Assembly: GCA_030704615.1 (NCBI GenBank)
Contig: CM060734.1
Location: forward strand, 2,914,001-2,978,000
Reading direction: 5' to 3'
Length of the DNA stretch: 64,000 nt
From: Takakia lepidozioides
Taxonomy: Eukaryota; Plantae; Bryophyta
The position numbers and the translations under genes are program-made. The stretch's first letter is position 1. Each line of letters starts with the position of its first letter. Under the pieces are notes generated by a model. The model saw only the letters and a program-made list of their open reading frames with translations. It did no database searches and had not been told where the DNA came from. Below, in pieces: positions 12,960 through 25,780 of the stretch.

Positions 12960-13963
12960 GAAATGGTTCTATTAGTGACTCCCTGGGGGTTGCTACTACT
13001 ATCAGCGCCTTCCCTGAGGTTGCTTCAAATCCCCAAACAATAACCCAACGCTGTTGACAGCGACCCCTAGGCCGTCGCTGTCAAACTTTTTTGTCCATAT
13101 TTTTGGGGGTGCTATCAGCGCCTTCTTGGGGGTCGCTTCAACTTCCTAACAATAACCCGACGCTGCTTAACAGCGACCCATGGGGGGTCGCTGTGAGTAT
13201 TTTTGCAAAATATTTTTGGGGTGCTATCAGCGCCTCCCTGGGGGTCGGTACATGTCCCTACACTAATTACCCGACACTGTTTAACAGCGCCCCCCCTAGG
13301 GAGACTGTTGTTGTGTGTTTTTTTTTTTTTTTTTTTTCATGTTTGTGTGGGGTGCTACCAGCGACTCCTTGGGTGTCGGTTCGAGCTCCCAAATATATAT
13401 TGGGGTGCGCGTAGCGACTGCTTAGGGGTCGTAGTCAGCTGTTTAGTTATTTGTTAATAGCGACTGTAGCAAAGTCGGTAGGATACCGTCCATTTAGGGG
13501 TCGGTTACGGGTTTCCTGCTCAAAAATCATTTTAAATTGAGATTAAATAATTAAAAATCAAAATCAGAACTTTAATAATCAAATTTCCGTGTTAAAGCGA
13601 CGCCCAGGACGACGGTAGACAGTGTTAAAAATATATTTGGTTGGCCCGGAGGTCGTTTGGGGGGAAAAAAACCCTAATCTGACCCCAGAGGGGTTGGATG
13701 GGGACCGTCGGCAGGGGCGTCGCAAGAAGAAACCGACTGGAAATCAACCCCGCGGTATTACCGACGCCAGGGGGGTCGGTCCAAATGACTTAGTCATTTT
13801 GGGATCCTCATTTTGTTGGGATTTCAGTATAGCGACCCTTCAGGGGTCGGTATAATACCGACCCCTGAATATCGACCCTCTTGGCATCGCTAATAAGTGG
13901 GGTCGCACGGTGCCGCGCGCGCTGGGCTGTGGGCGTCGTAAAACCCCCCTTTTTGCAGTAGTG
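12960..13963. mobile_element. Right terminus of a CACTA element (subterminal repeats and TIR)
   Basis: Many agcgacccc/ggggtcgct motifs in both orientations, ending in ...aaacccccctttttgcagtagtg at 13963 (reverse complement CACTACTGCAAAAAGGGGG). Confidence 0.85.
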
Positions 13964-15989
13964 CCGGGACCCCCTACCATCACCAGCATCATTAACAACC
14001 TACCAAAAGATCACAAAGAACGATATGAACTATATCTCCAAAAAGACAGAGTCTCTCTAGCTCCTGCATACCAACACCTAAGCGATCATTTCTTCCATTT
14101 TCTTCGCAGCTCTTCCACCAATATACGCCCACCTACACAGCCGATAGCCACTTTGGACTCCCTGCCTGCCAAAACTTAATGCTAGTCACTGTCACTCATA
14201 AACTTCACCCATACCCTAAACAACACATTCTCTTTTCACTAATTATCACCATCTCCCCACATATCATTCTTTTACAAGAAACCAAACTCAATACACAAAG
14301 ACCTAATGGCTCTTATATAAGCAAACTCATCCCAGCATACTACATGTTGTATGGCAACGCGTATACGGCAGAGCAATGCCTTACCAGACGTTCCGTTCCA
14401 TATCATCCCACTCGTGGTGATTGGCTCCAGCCCATTAATTATTTCATACGCCTGCACACTAGGCACGCAATTAAAAGAAGCACTAAACGATCCAGGACGC
14501 CTTGGTATCATCTATCAGGGGCTCCTTAGATTCATTGCCCTAAAATACAGTGGTCTCTATTCGTTGTCATCCTTACACCCACAAGCTTGCCTGCACTCCC
14601 CCACTGCATGCACACTACTCATCCTACGCCAAATGAAAATAAATATACAAACGGACCTACCGGACTATCCTAACACCTCCTCACCATTGGAACGCGCTTG
14701 GCTCACAAGTCATTTCCTATCACAAATCGAAATCTCTCACCCAAAACAAAAAAAAACCCATCCTCACTTACTTCAGAGAGCGCCACATCACCACCCTCAC
14801 CCAACTTATCACCGCACACTAGAAGAGAAACCGGTTTTTTCCACGGCTTTTTCCACATTTTTTGCTGTGGAATCAGCCACAGTCCACACCTGCCGTGGGT
14901 GTAAGGAACGACTAGTGCTTTCGGACACCCCGTGGATGGCCTGGCTCTCGGGTGGCCCTGTGGAAAGTCCACGGGAGGCTTTTTCCATGGGTGGGCTTTT
15001 TTCACGGGGTGGCCGCTGACATGGCCGATGGCATAGCTGACATGGCAGAGTGTGAAAAAAGGCCAGTGTGGCATGTTTCACGGCGGATTTCACACCTTGA
15101 ACAAGCCACTATGCGACACGTGTCATATTTCACACCTTCGACAAGTCACTATGCAACACGTGTTCGTTCCTGTGTGGTGGTACACATTAATTAATTAATT
15201 AATTGCTTCCAATATTAAGTTTGAATATTAATGGATTTAATTTATTATTATTATTATAGGAAAAATGGACAGTGGCCTGGATGAGAACATTATTAAATAA
15301 CAAAATATTGAAATGATGTTTTTAGAAATTATATTTATTCGCTCAGATACCAAAACACACCCTTTGCAGGGAAGGAGAGTTTGCCTTAGTGTCTATGCTG
15401 AGTTGCGTCTCCTACTCTCTGTAATCTAATAGACATTCATCTTTTTCCCTCGGTTGTCCCACCCTTGACTGCGGTCAAGCATTCATTCCACAGCTTCTCC
15501 TCATCTCTGTTACATGTTTTTGGATACTTTCCTATTGTCACTTTGGTAGTATCATGTCAAAATCACTCCAAACTATGTACCATCTACCCAGGCAGGTTTC
15601 TTGTAGCTAACCCTCCACAGGGAATCATAAGTAATCTGGAGCTTGAAATCTGGCCCTCTTGGATGACACTCTATCCCTGCTCCTTCAGCTATCCATGCCT
15701 CTGCACAGATCATGCATACATCCTTGCATTGCTGTTAGCAGCTGACAATGGCAGCCTAGATTTGTTCCAGCAAACACCCAACTCATCTTATCACACCAAT
15801 TCCTATTCAAAGGTTCACTCAACCAACTAACTTGCAGAATTCTTAAAACATGAAAATTTAGGGCGATGGGTTGAAGAAGGTGCTTTGATTAGCATTGCCT
15901 GATTTTATCAATTGTGCCGCTGCTGCTGCGGCTTCCAGTTGACCATCTACCCATGCAGGTTTCTTGGAGCTATTTTTCCACGGGGAATC

Positions 15990-16640
15990 ACCCATTCCCG
16001 CATCATTGCTCATAGGTCTCCAAAGCCTCCATCCGTGCCCTTGCTGTGCATATCCTGCAATCATCGCACTCCACGACACCACATCTCGTTCAGCCATACT
16101 GTCAAACACTTCCTTTGCATCCTCGATGCACCCACATTTGGCATACATGTAGTCCACCATGGAAGTGTTCAGAATGACATTGGGTACAATTCCAGATTTG
16201 ACGATGTCACCATGGACCTCTTTGCCCTTTTCCAGAGCTCCCAGGCTTGCACATGCATTACAAACAAATGTGATGTGGTTGGGCTTCACCCCTTCGCGCA
16301 GCAGTTGCTCATAGGTCTCCAAAGCATTCCTACCACACCCATGTTAAATCCTGCCAACATTATATTCAACGTGATCAAAGTTTGTTGAGGCATTCCGTTG
16401 AACACTTGGTGTGCATTCATGATGCTCTTGCACTTAACATACATGTTCACAAGGGGGTTGAGGAGAAAAACACTTGGTGTGAATCCACTTTGGATAATGT
16501 GACTGAAATGCTCCTTGGTTTAAAGGTTGTAGAGCCTCTTTCAGTCTGCCTGCCTCACAAAGCATCTTCACATGCCCAGAAGAGCAAGAAGAGGCATTAT
16601 GGACTCCCTCTCTTAATCCTCTTTTAGAAGCTGTGGTATG
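15990..16640 (-). pseudogene. PLS-class PPR fragments inside the Pack-CACTA
   Basis: PNHITFVCNACASLGALEKGKEVH..MYAKCGCIEDAKEVFDSMAERDVVSWSAMIAGYAQQG, with frameshifts and stops. Confidence 0.88.
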
Positions 16641-16659
16641 GTTGAGGTGCCTAATTTAA

Positions 16660-18950
16660 ATCAGGGCTGCCAGGCCTGCAATGCACACAAACATGATGTG
16701 GTCGGGCTGAACCCCTTCCCCCATCATTTGTTCATAGGTCTCCAAATCCTCCATCCCACGTCCCTGTTGTGCATACCTTGCAAGCATCGCACTCCACGAC
16801 ACCACATCTCGTTCAGCCATAGTGTTGAACACTCCCTTTGCATCCTCGATGCACCCACATTTTGCATACATGTCCACTAGGGTATTGTTCAAAATGACAT
16901 TTGGTACAATTCCAGCTCCGAAGGTGTCACCATGGACCTCCTTCCCCTTTTCCAGAGCTGCCAGGGCAGTGTTTCGAATGACATTAGGTACAATTCCAGC
17001 TTTGATGATATCCCCATGCACCTCTTTGCCCTTCTCCAGGGCTGCCAGGCCTGCAATGCATACAAACATGATGTGGCCGGGCTGAACCCCTTCCCCCATC
17101 ATTTGCTCATAGGTCTCCAAAGCCTCCATCCCACGTCCCTGTTGTGCATACCCTGCAAGCATCGCACTCCATGACACCACATCTCGTTCAGCCATAGTGT
17201 TGAACACTCCCTTTGCATCCCCGATGCACCCACATTTTGCCTACATATGCACTAGGGTATTGTTCAAAATGACATTTGGTACAATTCCAGCTCTGAAGAT
17301 GTCACCATGGACCTCCTTCCCCTTTTCCAGAGCTGCCAGGGCAGTGTTTCGAATGACATTAGGTACAATTCCAGCTTTGATGATATCCCCATGCACCTCT
17401 TTGCCCTTCTCCAGGGCTGCCAGGCCTGCAATGCATACAAACATGATGTGGCCGGGCTGAACCCCTTTTCCCATCATTTGCTCATAGGTCTCCAAAGGCT
17501 CCATCCCACGTCCCTGCTGTGCATACCCTGCAAGCATCGCACTCCATGACACCACATCTCGTTCAGCCATAGTGTTGAACACTCTATTTGCATCCCCGAT
17601 GCACCCACATTTTGCCTACATATGCACTAGGGTATTGTTCAAAATGACATTTGGTACAATTCCAGCTCTGAAGGTGTCACCATGGACCTCCTTCCCCTTT
17701 TCCAGAGCTGCCAGGGCAGTGTTTCGAATGACATTAGGTACAATTCCAGCTTTGATGATATCCCCACGCACCTCTTTGCCCTTCTCCAGGGCTGCCAGGC
17801 CTGCAATGCATACAAACATGATGTGGCCGGGCTGAACCCCTTCCCCCATCAGTTGCTCATAGGTCTCCAAAGGCTCCATCCCACGTCCCTGCTGTGCATA
17901 CCCTGCAAGCATCGCACTCCATGACACCACATCTCGTTCAGCCATAGTGTTGAACACTCCATTTGCATCCCCGATGCACCCACATTTTGCCTACATATGC
18001 ACTAGGGTATTGTTCAAAATGACATTTGGTACAATTCCAGCTCTGAAGGTGTCACCATGGACCTCCTTCCCCTTTTCCAGAGCTGCTAGGGCAGTGTTTC
18101 GAATGACATTAGGTACAATTCCAGCTTTGATGATATGTACCTCTTTGCCCTTCTCCAGGGCTGCCAGGCCTGCAATGCATACAAACATGATGTGGCCGGG
18201 CTGAACCCCTTCCCCCATCATTTGCTCATAGGTCTCCAAAGCCTCCATCCCACGTCCCTGCTGTGCATACCCTGCAAGCATCGCACTCCATGACACCACA
18301 TCTCGTTCAGCCATAGTGTTGAACACTCCATTTGCATCCCCGATGCACCCACATTTTGCCTACATATGCACTAGGGTATTGTTCAAAATGACATTTGGTA
18401 CAATTCCAGCTCTGAAGGTGTCACCATGGACCTCCTTCCCCTTCCAGAGCTAGGGCAGTGTTTCGAATGACATTAGGTACAATTCCAGCTTTGATGATAT
18501 CCCCATGCCCGTCTTTGCCCTTCTCCAGGGCTGCCAAGCCTGCAATGCATACAAACATAATGTGGCCGGGTTGGACCCCTTCCCCCATCATTTGCTCATA
18601 GGTTTCCAAAACCTCCATCCCACGTCCCTGCTGTGCATACCCTGCAAGCATTGCACTCCACGACACCACATCTCGTTCAGCCATAGTGTTGAACACTCTA
18701 TTTGCATCCCCGATGCACCCACATTTTGCATACATGTCCACTAGGATATTGTTCAGAATGACATTTGGTACAATTCCAGCTCTGAAGATGTCACCACGGA
18801 CCTCCTTCCCCTTTTCCAGAGCTGCCAGGGCAGTGTTTAGAATGACATTAGGTACAATTCCAGCTTTGATGATATCCCCATGCACCTCTTTGTCCTTCTC
18901 AAGGGTTGCCAGGCTTGCACAAGCATTGCAATGCACACAAACATGATGTG
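16660..18950 (-). repeat. Tandem array of about 6 x 375-bp PPR-derived units (one L-S-P triplet with a duplicated partial L motif, 125 aa per unit)
   Basis: The anchor gggctgccaggcctgcaatgca recurs at about 16664, 17039, 17414, 17789, 18158, 18528 and 18903. ORF translations are nearly identical; internal units share a TAG after LVHM. Confidence 0.95.
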
Positions 18951-21900
18951 AGAGGGCAAAACAGGTTGAAATAGGTCAAAGAAGAAGATGCCCTCACCAC
19001 ATTGTCCTTGAGGTTGTGTCATGACTTGACCGACCATCAACCCAAAAAGACCTCTTGTGTGCGCTGCTTGTGTCTGTAGTCAGGTAATGTCGGATTGGTC
19101 TGTGAGATCGAACCACCACAGTGTAGCTGAGTAGGCAGAGATTGAAACACGGCCTGCTATGACCAAACTAACTCTCCCAAGAACGGCAAGCTCGCAAGAA
19201 TGTTGCGAGCTTCTCCTCGTCTCATCTCCTCCTCCTCTCTTCCTTCCTGCATCATTTGCTCAACGCCTCCATCCCACGCCTCTACATATCCTGCGATCAT
19301 CGCGTTCCATCCCTCAGCTACATGGTGTGGCGCAGGGTGACAAAAAAAAACGCCAAGTCCCAGCCCTCCTTTGTGTTCACGATTACCCTAATGGATAACC
19401 TTATTAGCAACTTTTTATTTATTTTTAAACCTAATGGGCAACCTTATTAGCAACTTTTTGACTTTTTAACCTTTTGCACTTTGATTCATTCTAGGTCAGA
19501 GGCTAAAGTCCTGCTACCAGACTTGTCTAGAAAACCAAAACACCACGTAGACAAACATTTGATAATGGTAATAAAATATATTACCATTGGGCTGTTTGAA
19601 CACTTGTTAGTAAATTTAGGTTAGGATTTTTAGGTTATTTTTTCGAAAATATTCTGGTTTTTTCTTTGATGTGTGAGATGACAAAGTCCAAGCATGTCAC
19701 ATAAACAAGGAGTTCAACGTAAGGATGATGCAAGTGATTTGTGGCAAAAAGTGTAAATCATGTCTATGCCTATTTGTCCTAGTTGTGTCATAGGTTGCAA
19801 CGGAACGGGGCCACCTTTGAATGCGATCCCCATGCTCATTTCACCAAGGGCATTATAGACTTCATAATGGAGAGATTGAAAATGGGGTATATTCTTCACT
19901 TGTTAGTAGCCCATCGTGCATATTTCTAAACATGAACATGAAGTTCATAATCATTTTCCAAGGGCATCATTCTCAAACTCCCCATACACCACAATCAGTG
20001 GAAATAATTGTATGTTCCCATTTCACACAGGTGTGTAACATGCCATGTAAACTAAGCCAACCCCTGCCACGCTCATGGCTGTTTTCACACCGTTCTTGCC
20101 TGGGGTGTGGACCACATGTGAGACACCCCACAGTTAGGGCATATTTAGACCCACACCTTGGCTCAGTGTATAGACCCGTGATAAAAGCCGTGGAATGTGC
20201 CAGATGTGAGATGGCAGAGCCGTGGAAAAAGCCGGTTTCTCTTCTAGTGGCAACAGGTCGCCGACTTTTAAGGCCAAGTGAATTCACTACTAAATTCTCG
20301 TGTGCTACAACCAAAACTAGCCGGTACTTACAACACCTCCGCACACTCTTTCGCCACCCATCCAAAGCCTGCACCCTTGATTGCAATCTTCCCTGCCCTT
20401 ACTACCCATACACGGCCCAAGATTTGCTCCCTCAATATATGACCACCCCAACCGCCTCCATCTACCAGAAGCTTAGCACATCATATGTCGCTAACACTCC
20501 CACATATACTGAACCTGATCCTTCTCTCAAGCACCTGCCACCGCAACATACTATACCAATTAGCAACTCTTCCCCAACACTAGCCTCCCCAGCTAATATG
20601 CCAGACACTCCCACCCACCCCCCACTATCCCCCAAAGTGACCCACCCTACCTCCCCGCATAACTCTATTAACCCTGATGCCTATGTCATTGAAGCCATAC
20701 TAGGTATAAAAACCCAAACATCAATTGACGCTTTTGGGGCCACATGTGTTGACATATACTACCATTGCAAGTGGGCAAGCTACCCTAATGAAGACAACAC
20801 ATGACAAATAGAAGACGGTCCACATGATGATTGCGACCCAGACCACAATCTCATCCTTCTCACCACATTCTACAAAAGCACTAACATTGACTATCTAACA
20901 CATATTCACCAACAACACGCCACCCCCGCCCAACACACAGACAATAGATACATTCATAAGCCGATCTCGGCCCCCAATGTACACATATGCATCGCTGAAT
21001 GCAACCTAGACAAAGATATCCAACAAGATCAACCACTAATCCGCATGGGCCCCCGCCTTTCGAACATATATGCACAAAATGGCCGCTTCATCAGACTTAT
21101 CCCCAACGATAGATTAACATGGCTATGGCACAAGTACTCTACCCCAGAGCCATACTCACAGGAGCTACTACCACCAAAACAAGATTTTGCCACAGAAGTT
21201 TATTGGCTATCGACCGCTACCTCAAAGACACCCCTCCAAAAAACCACGCTCCCTTGCCCGGTTAGCAACGACAAGCGCACACCATACTATTCCCAAAGAT
21301 ATTCTCGCCTTACTTATCAAAACATTCCAGATCACTCACTCATACTACTCTAATCCATTGACCTGCCCTATGGAATTGGACACATTTGCTAGTCCACATC
21401 ACAAAGATTGCATTTTCGGGGCCACTGGTCATGCTACTCAGCATACCTGGGAGGGCCGTGGTCTTGCCCACCCTCCCTCCGGACCCCTTGCCCATGAAGC
21501 TATTCAATGGGCCAAATTCGCCGCGCATTCATCTCCTTGCGCTTCAACTATCCTCATCCTCACACAACAGAGCACACCTACCACCTCCCACCCACTTCTA
21601 CGCCTCCCTACTGGGGTCAAGCTATTAGCCACAATTGACCCAAACTAGCTTAAGTATACTCATACCCCTCCTTTTCCCAAATACCTCCGGCAGAAGGAAC
21701 CTACCCTAACCCTCATCCTGCATGTCCAAAACCCCCATCATGTTGACATACCTACACCTTTCTTTCGCGAACTATAACATCTACTAACCATAACACACAA
21801 AATAAAGGCCATCATCCACCATCCATCTACCCCTCATTGCTACCACGCAGGAACAGGGAGAGGGGTTGCCCTCAGTCTCCCTGGCCCTGCAACCATTCTT

Positions 21901-23564
21901 AGGGCCGAGCTTATGGCCATCTACGATGCTCTCCTCCTATTTGACAACCACCCCCCCCCCCCCCCCCCATACTTCATCTTCACCGACAGCCTTACCTCCT
22001 TATTCCTCATCCGCAACCACATCGCTCGCCCCTCCTCTCACCACCATCATCCTGACCGTAAACTTATTTCAGCCATTGTAAATGCTGCCGTCTCTAAGTA
22101 GTGTTTTCATGCTCATTTCCATGTATTGTGCTTGCCCATCTGAAACAATACATGTAGTGTACGGTACTCTAATGCAAATGATTTTCATGTCTCTGGCAAT
22201 TTCCAGGTCTTTGTAGTCTTACAACATTAAGGCAATCATAACCTTGCTGACATCCTTTTCTGAAGCTACACGTTTAGTCAATACAGTGCCAAGGATATGT
22301 GCTACACGAATTGCTAGTTCAAGACCTTGTAGTAGGGTATGTACACTATAGGGGATATTATCTTAGTTTACTTAAGCTGGACTGTTTTGATGGGTTCCTT
22401 GAACAGCGTGTAAGGGCATGGCCTTGTAGTACTGTACCTAGGGGTCATCTCGAGTTTCATAAGATGCCCTCGTCCTAAGATTAGAGAGTAGTAATAAGTC
22501 AAACTTTGTCGTTACCTCTATGGTAGTTTGGACTGGTGTTGTTTGGGCAGGATGTGATGGAATTTATGTTTTCATGATTTCTTGAGTATTAGTCGTTGCA
22601 ACATTCTACTGAGTACCAAGACCAGCATATTTAAGTGGGACTTGGTTACCACTGTCACCATAGAAGATACTCATCAATTGGATTTTGAAACTTTCTCACA
22701 TCTATCTGAAGTTCCACCACTTTTTATGAGATCAGATGAAACATCTTCCTCTCTTCCTCAAGATCTATTGTGGTTGCAATCTGATTTTCTCTTTTCCTGA
22801 TTTCATGGGGGATTAGATGACTTGGTTTTGCTGAGAACCAGCTCCATCAGCTTTGCTCCCAGGCTGAGATAAGACATGGCTTGGGCACAAGCCTATGGAA
22901 ATCCTGCCATAGTTTCCCAGATAAGAGCTGGATACTACAGATGTGAGGCAGTGTGAGGTAGGGCTAGTCGTGTCAAGGATGGCCACGGGCACCAACATGA
23001 CATGCAATGCTTTCTTTTGCCATTGAGATACCGAGTTTCAAGGAAAAGTTCATTGTGCCGGATGGTTTCAGCCCTCTCTCGCTCATAGTCAGTCAGTTCA
23101 GCCTCTAGAGAATGTGAGGGGGCTGGCACCCAGCTCCGCCCATTCCCGCTCTTGATTTAAGTCGATGCACTGGTGTCACCAACATCTTTGACCTTTCTAA
23201 CTTTTAGTGTTTCCAGTGGGAGGCTATGGGGCTGTGCTATTAGAGATGAATTCTTAGCAGTAAAAGGAAGATTTATTTCAGTCTTGTCACTGGAAATAGG
23301 CAGTTTGGTAGTGTAATTTTCCCTGACAATTCTTCAACTTTGCGCAACGATATGAGGAGATTCACAGTCTTTCACAACATGAGTTAAAAGGGTGCTAGTG
23401 GTGCTGTCCAAAACCAGCGGGTATCCTTCAGACCTGTTTGAAACAAATGAAGTTTTCACATTTATTGTGGAGCATGAGTCACCAGATATGGATGTTACTT
23501 GGGATATTGGGCTGTGTCTCTGCAAAGAGCATCTAAGTCCTCTTTTCTAACATCTTTGTTTCAC

Positions 23565-23655
23565 TTTGTAAGCATGGATCTCTTTTCCCCTTTCCAGTGG
23601 TGCTCCTAGACTAGCACACGCCTTGAGAATGGAAATGAATGTCACGACCTTCGCA
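23565..23655 (-). pseudogene. Isolated PPR L-motif fragment
   Basis: The minus strand reads VVTFISILKACASLGAPLERGKEIHA. Confidence 0.7.
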
Positions 23656-24479
23656 GGTATTACCACACAATGTTAGATGTGGTATTTGCACATTATGTGA
23701 TAAAGGTGTTGGATTTTATTTTTTCATATGTCAAATGTATAGCCCACATTGACAGCTTCACCCAAAGCGGCTGAATTCCCCATAGTTACAGCTTCACCTT
23801 CACATTTAGCGTAGAGGTACTAATTTTAGGGAATCCCACCCATCTAGCAAAATATAGTAGTTTTTTTTTTTTACACATAATATTAAGTTAGGGATTTTCT
23901 TGAGACATAAGACTAGTGCCCTACAACCTTTATGTGCTAGGTCTTTTCTTTTTTTTGTTGTATTGTTAGAGAGCCTTGAGCTATAAGATTGAAAGCTCCA
24001 ATCATAACTAAAAGAAAATATCTAATACTCCTAAAACGTCATATAACCCAAAGAAAATCTCTTGAGATCTCGCATATATTTTTTGAATCTCAAACCTTCT
24101 TTCTCTTGCATGGGGAATTAAAACCAAAATATTATGCAATATTTCATCAATTTTCTTTCTTTTACCATAGAATGTTTCTTTTATTTTGTATTGGAAAACA
24201 TTGTAATTTTAAAAAATCATTAAATTATATATTAATTGAAATAACTATCCATACCCGGAAACTATTCATACCCTCAGGGTATATTTTGGCATATATATCC
24301 TTACCCGGGGGTTATATAGAAATCTGAAAAGTTGATTTATCCATACCTGGAGGGTAAATGATTTGAAAAAAGTAATTTACTTATACCCTGACACTGGTTC
24401 TAACCGGGCATGCTGATATTTTTCATTTTATTATTCAAACTTCAATTTCACATCATTTATGCTTGCAATTTATATGAAC

Positions 24480-25780
24480 ATTCTTCCACGGTTATAGGTC
24501 CGAAGTGGTTCGAGAGATTCCTCGGAAGGCTCGACTAGAAGAAGACGAGCCTTCCTACACATCATGTGGAGATAAGCCTCTCCACATCCCAAGTAAGGTT
24601 TGCCACCTCACTTGGCACATGGAACCAAATGAAGTCCCAATGTCAACTAAATACAAATATAAATGTATAAAATCCTAATTAGTTAGAAATAACTATTTCT
24701 AACTATCACAAACAAAACCATGACAACTGTCGTGCACGTAAGCATCGTGCCACAACATTCATCGCTGTCCAACCACACTTCCTAGCATATAGTCCTAGAA
24801 AGCCATGCCATAATCGCATCCCTAGCTGGTGATTAGGTCCCTCTAACACCGGACAGCTGTAAGTATCCACCCCAATAAGATCATCGTTTGGTCTTCAATC
24901 GCACAAATCCCAGCATCTGAAGTCGATAGATGAAGAGGCCGGGTGCAAAAGTAGCCCCATCGTTAGTCGCATTCCTGCAATCCATGATCTTCAGTTGAGT
25001 ATCCATGGCATTGAAGCCCCACTAGCTAGACCTTGGATCACTTGTCAGCCTCACCATTGTCATGTCCACCACAATCAGTATAGGTCATATTTCTCGTTGA
25101 TGACATGGCGTTAGCCTAGAAGTTTGTCACGTGGCCAACATGAGCCCTTGCTCACGCCATGTCATCAACCCGTGAACATAGGCTCGTAGGCTCACGGCGT
25201 AGCGTCGTTGCTTTCGTTCTTGACCATGTGACCTCCTCAACTACTAACTAGCCACCTAAACCTGGCAGTTGCCCTCTATGGCCTTCACATGGCACTGTAA
25301 CAGGTGCCCCCACATGTCATTCAACCTCAATCCTATGGCATTTTCACCCAGACCGTTCAAATCAATAATAGTGTCATAACAAACTCCCCCACTAAGAAGA
25401 TTGATCATTGTCCGCAATGATAGAGAAATGGCAAAAATCCAACTGCATGTCACTCTCATTTTCCCAAGTAGCTTCAAGATTCTGGATAGTAATATGACAA
25501 GATGTTCCCGACATGAATGAGTTTGCTTTGTTTTTGTCCGCAGAATATATTTAGGTTCAGCTAACAACTAACCTTTTGCTACAACCTTGGGTAATTCAGG
25601 TAGAACATGACTGGGGTCTACCACGTATTTCCTTAGGAGGCTGACCTAGAAGACGTTATGGATTTTCTAGGTAGCTGGTAGATCCAGCTTATATGCCACA
25701 GATCCATAATGTTTCAAAATCATAAAAAATCCATAGAACTTCGGGGACAACTTAGAACACTTGCCTAGTTTCAACTGGCT
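24480..25780 (-). mobile_element. Ty3/gypsy (chromovirus-like) 3' remnant: integrase C-terminus, polypurine tract and probable LTR
   Basis: The minus strand reads KLSPKFYGFFMILKHYGSVAYKLDLPAT*KIHNVF*VSLLRKY..LAEPKYIL. A PPT-like tgggggagtt is followed by TGTTAT at 25381. The distal LTR boundary is approximate. Confidence 0.7.

Larger units (their letters stand above)
14817..20249. mobile_element. Non-autonomous CACTA carrying captured PPR gene fragments (Pack-CACTA), 5433 bp
   Basis: 32-bp TIRs CACTAGAAGAGAAACCGG(T/C)TTTTTCCACGGCT with one mismatch (14817-14848 and 20218-20249), and 3-bp TSD GCA at 14814-14816 and 20250-20252. No transposase inside. Confidence 0.95.
13964..22101 (+). mobile_element. 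Decayed non-LTR retrotransposon (LINE-like), split by the Pack-CACTA at 14817-20249
   Basis: APE endonuclease motif IILLQETKL (~14262-14290), post-RT-like ALNDPGRLG, chromodomain-like segment ~20680-20820, RNase H RAELMAIYDAL..YFIFTDSLTSL (~21900-22000). Removing the CACTA plus one TSD copy restores the frame HITTLTQLITA-TGRRLLRPSEF. No RT core is visible. Confidence 0.75.

Noticed and set aside
22800-23540. Possible gene fragment (LTDYERERAETIRHNELFL, minus strand)
   Set aside because: Too short and disrupted to assign a family or boundaries.
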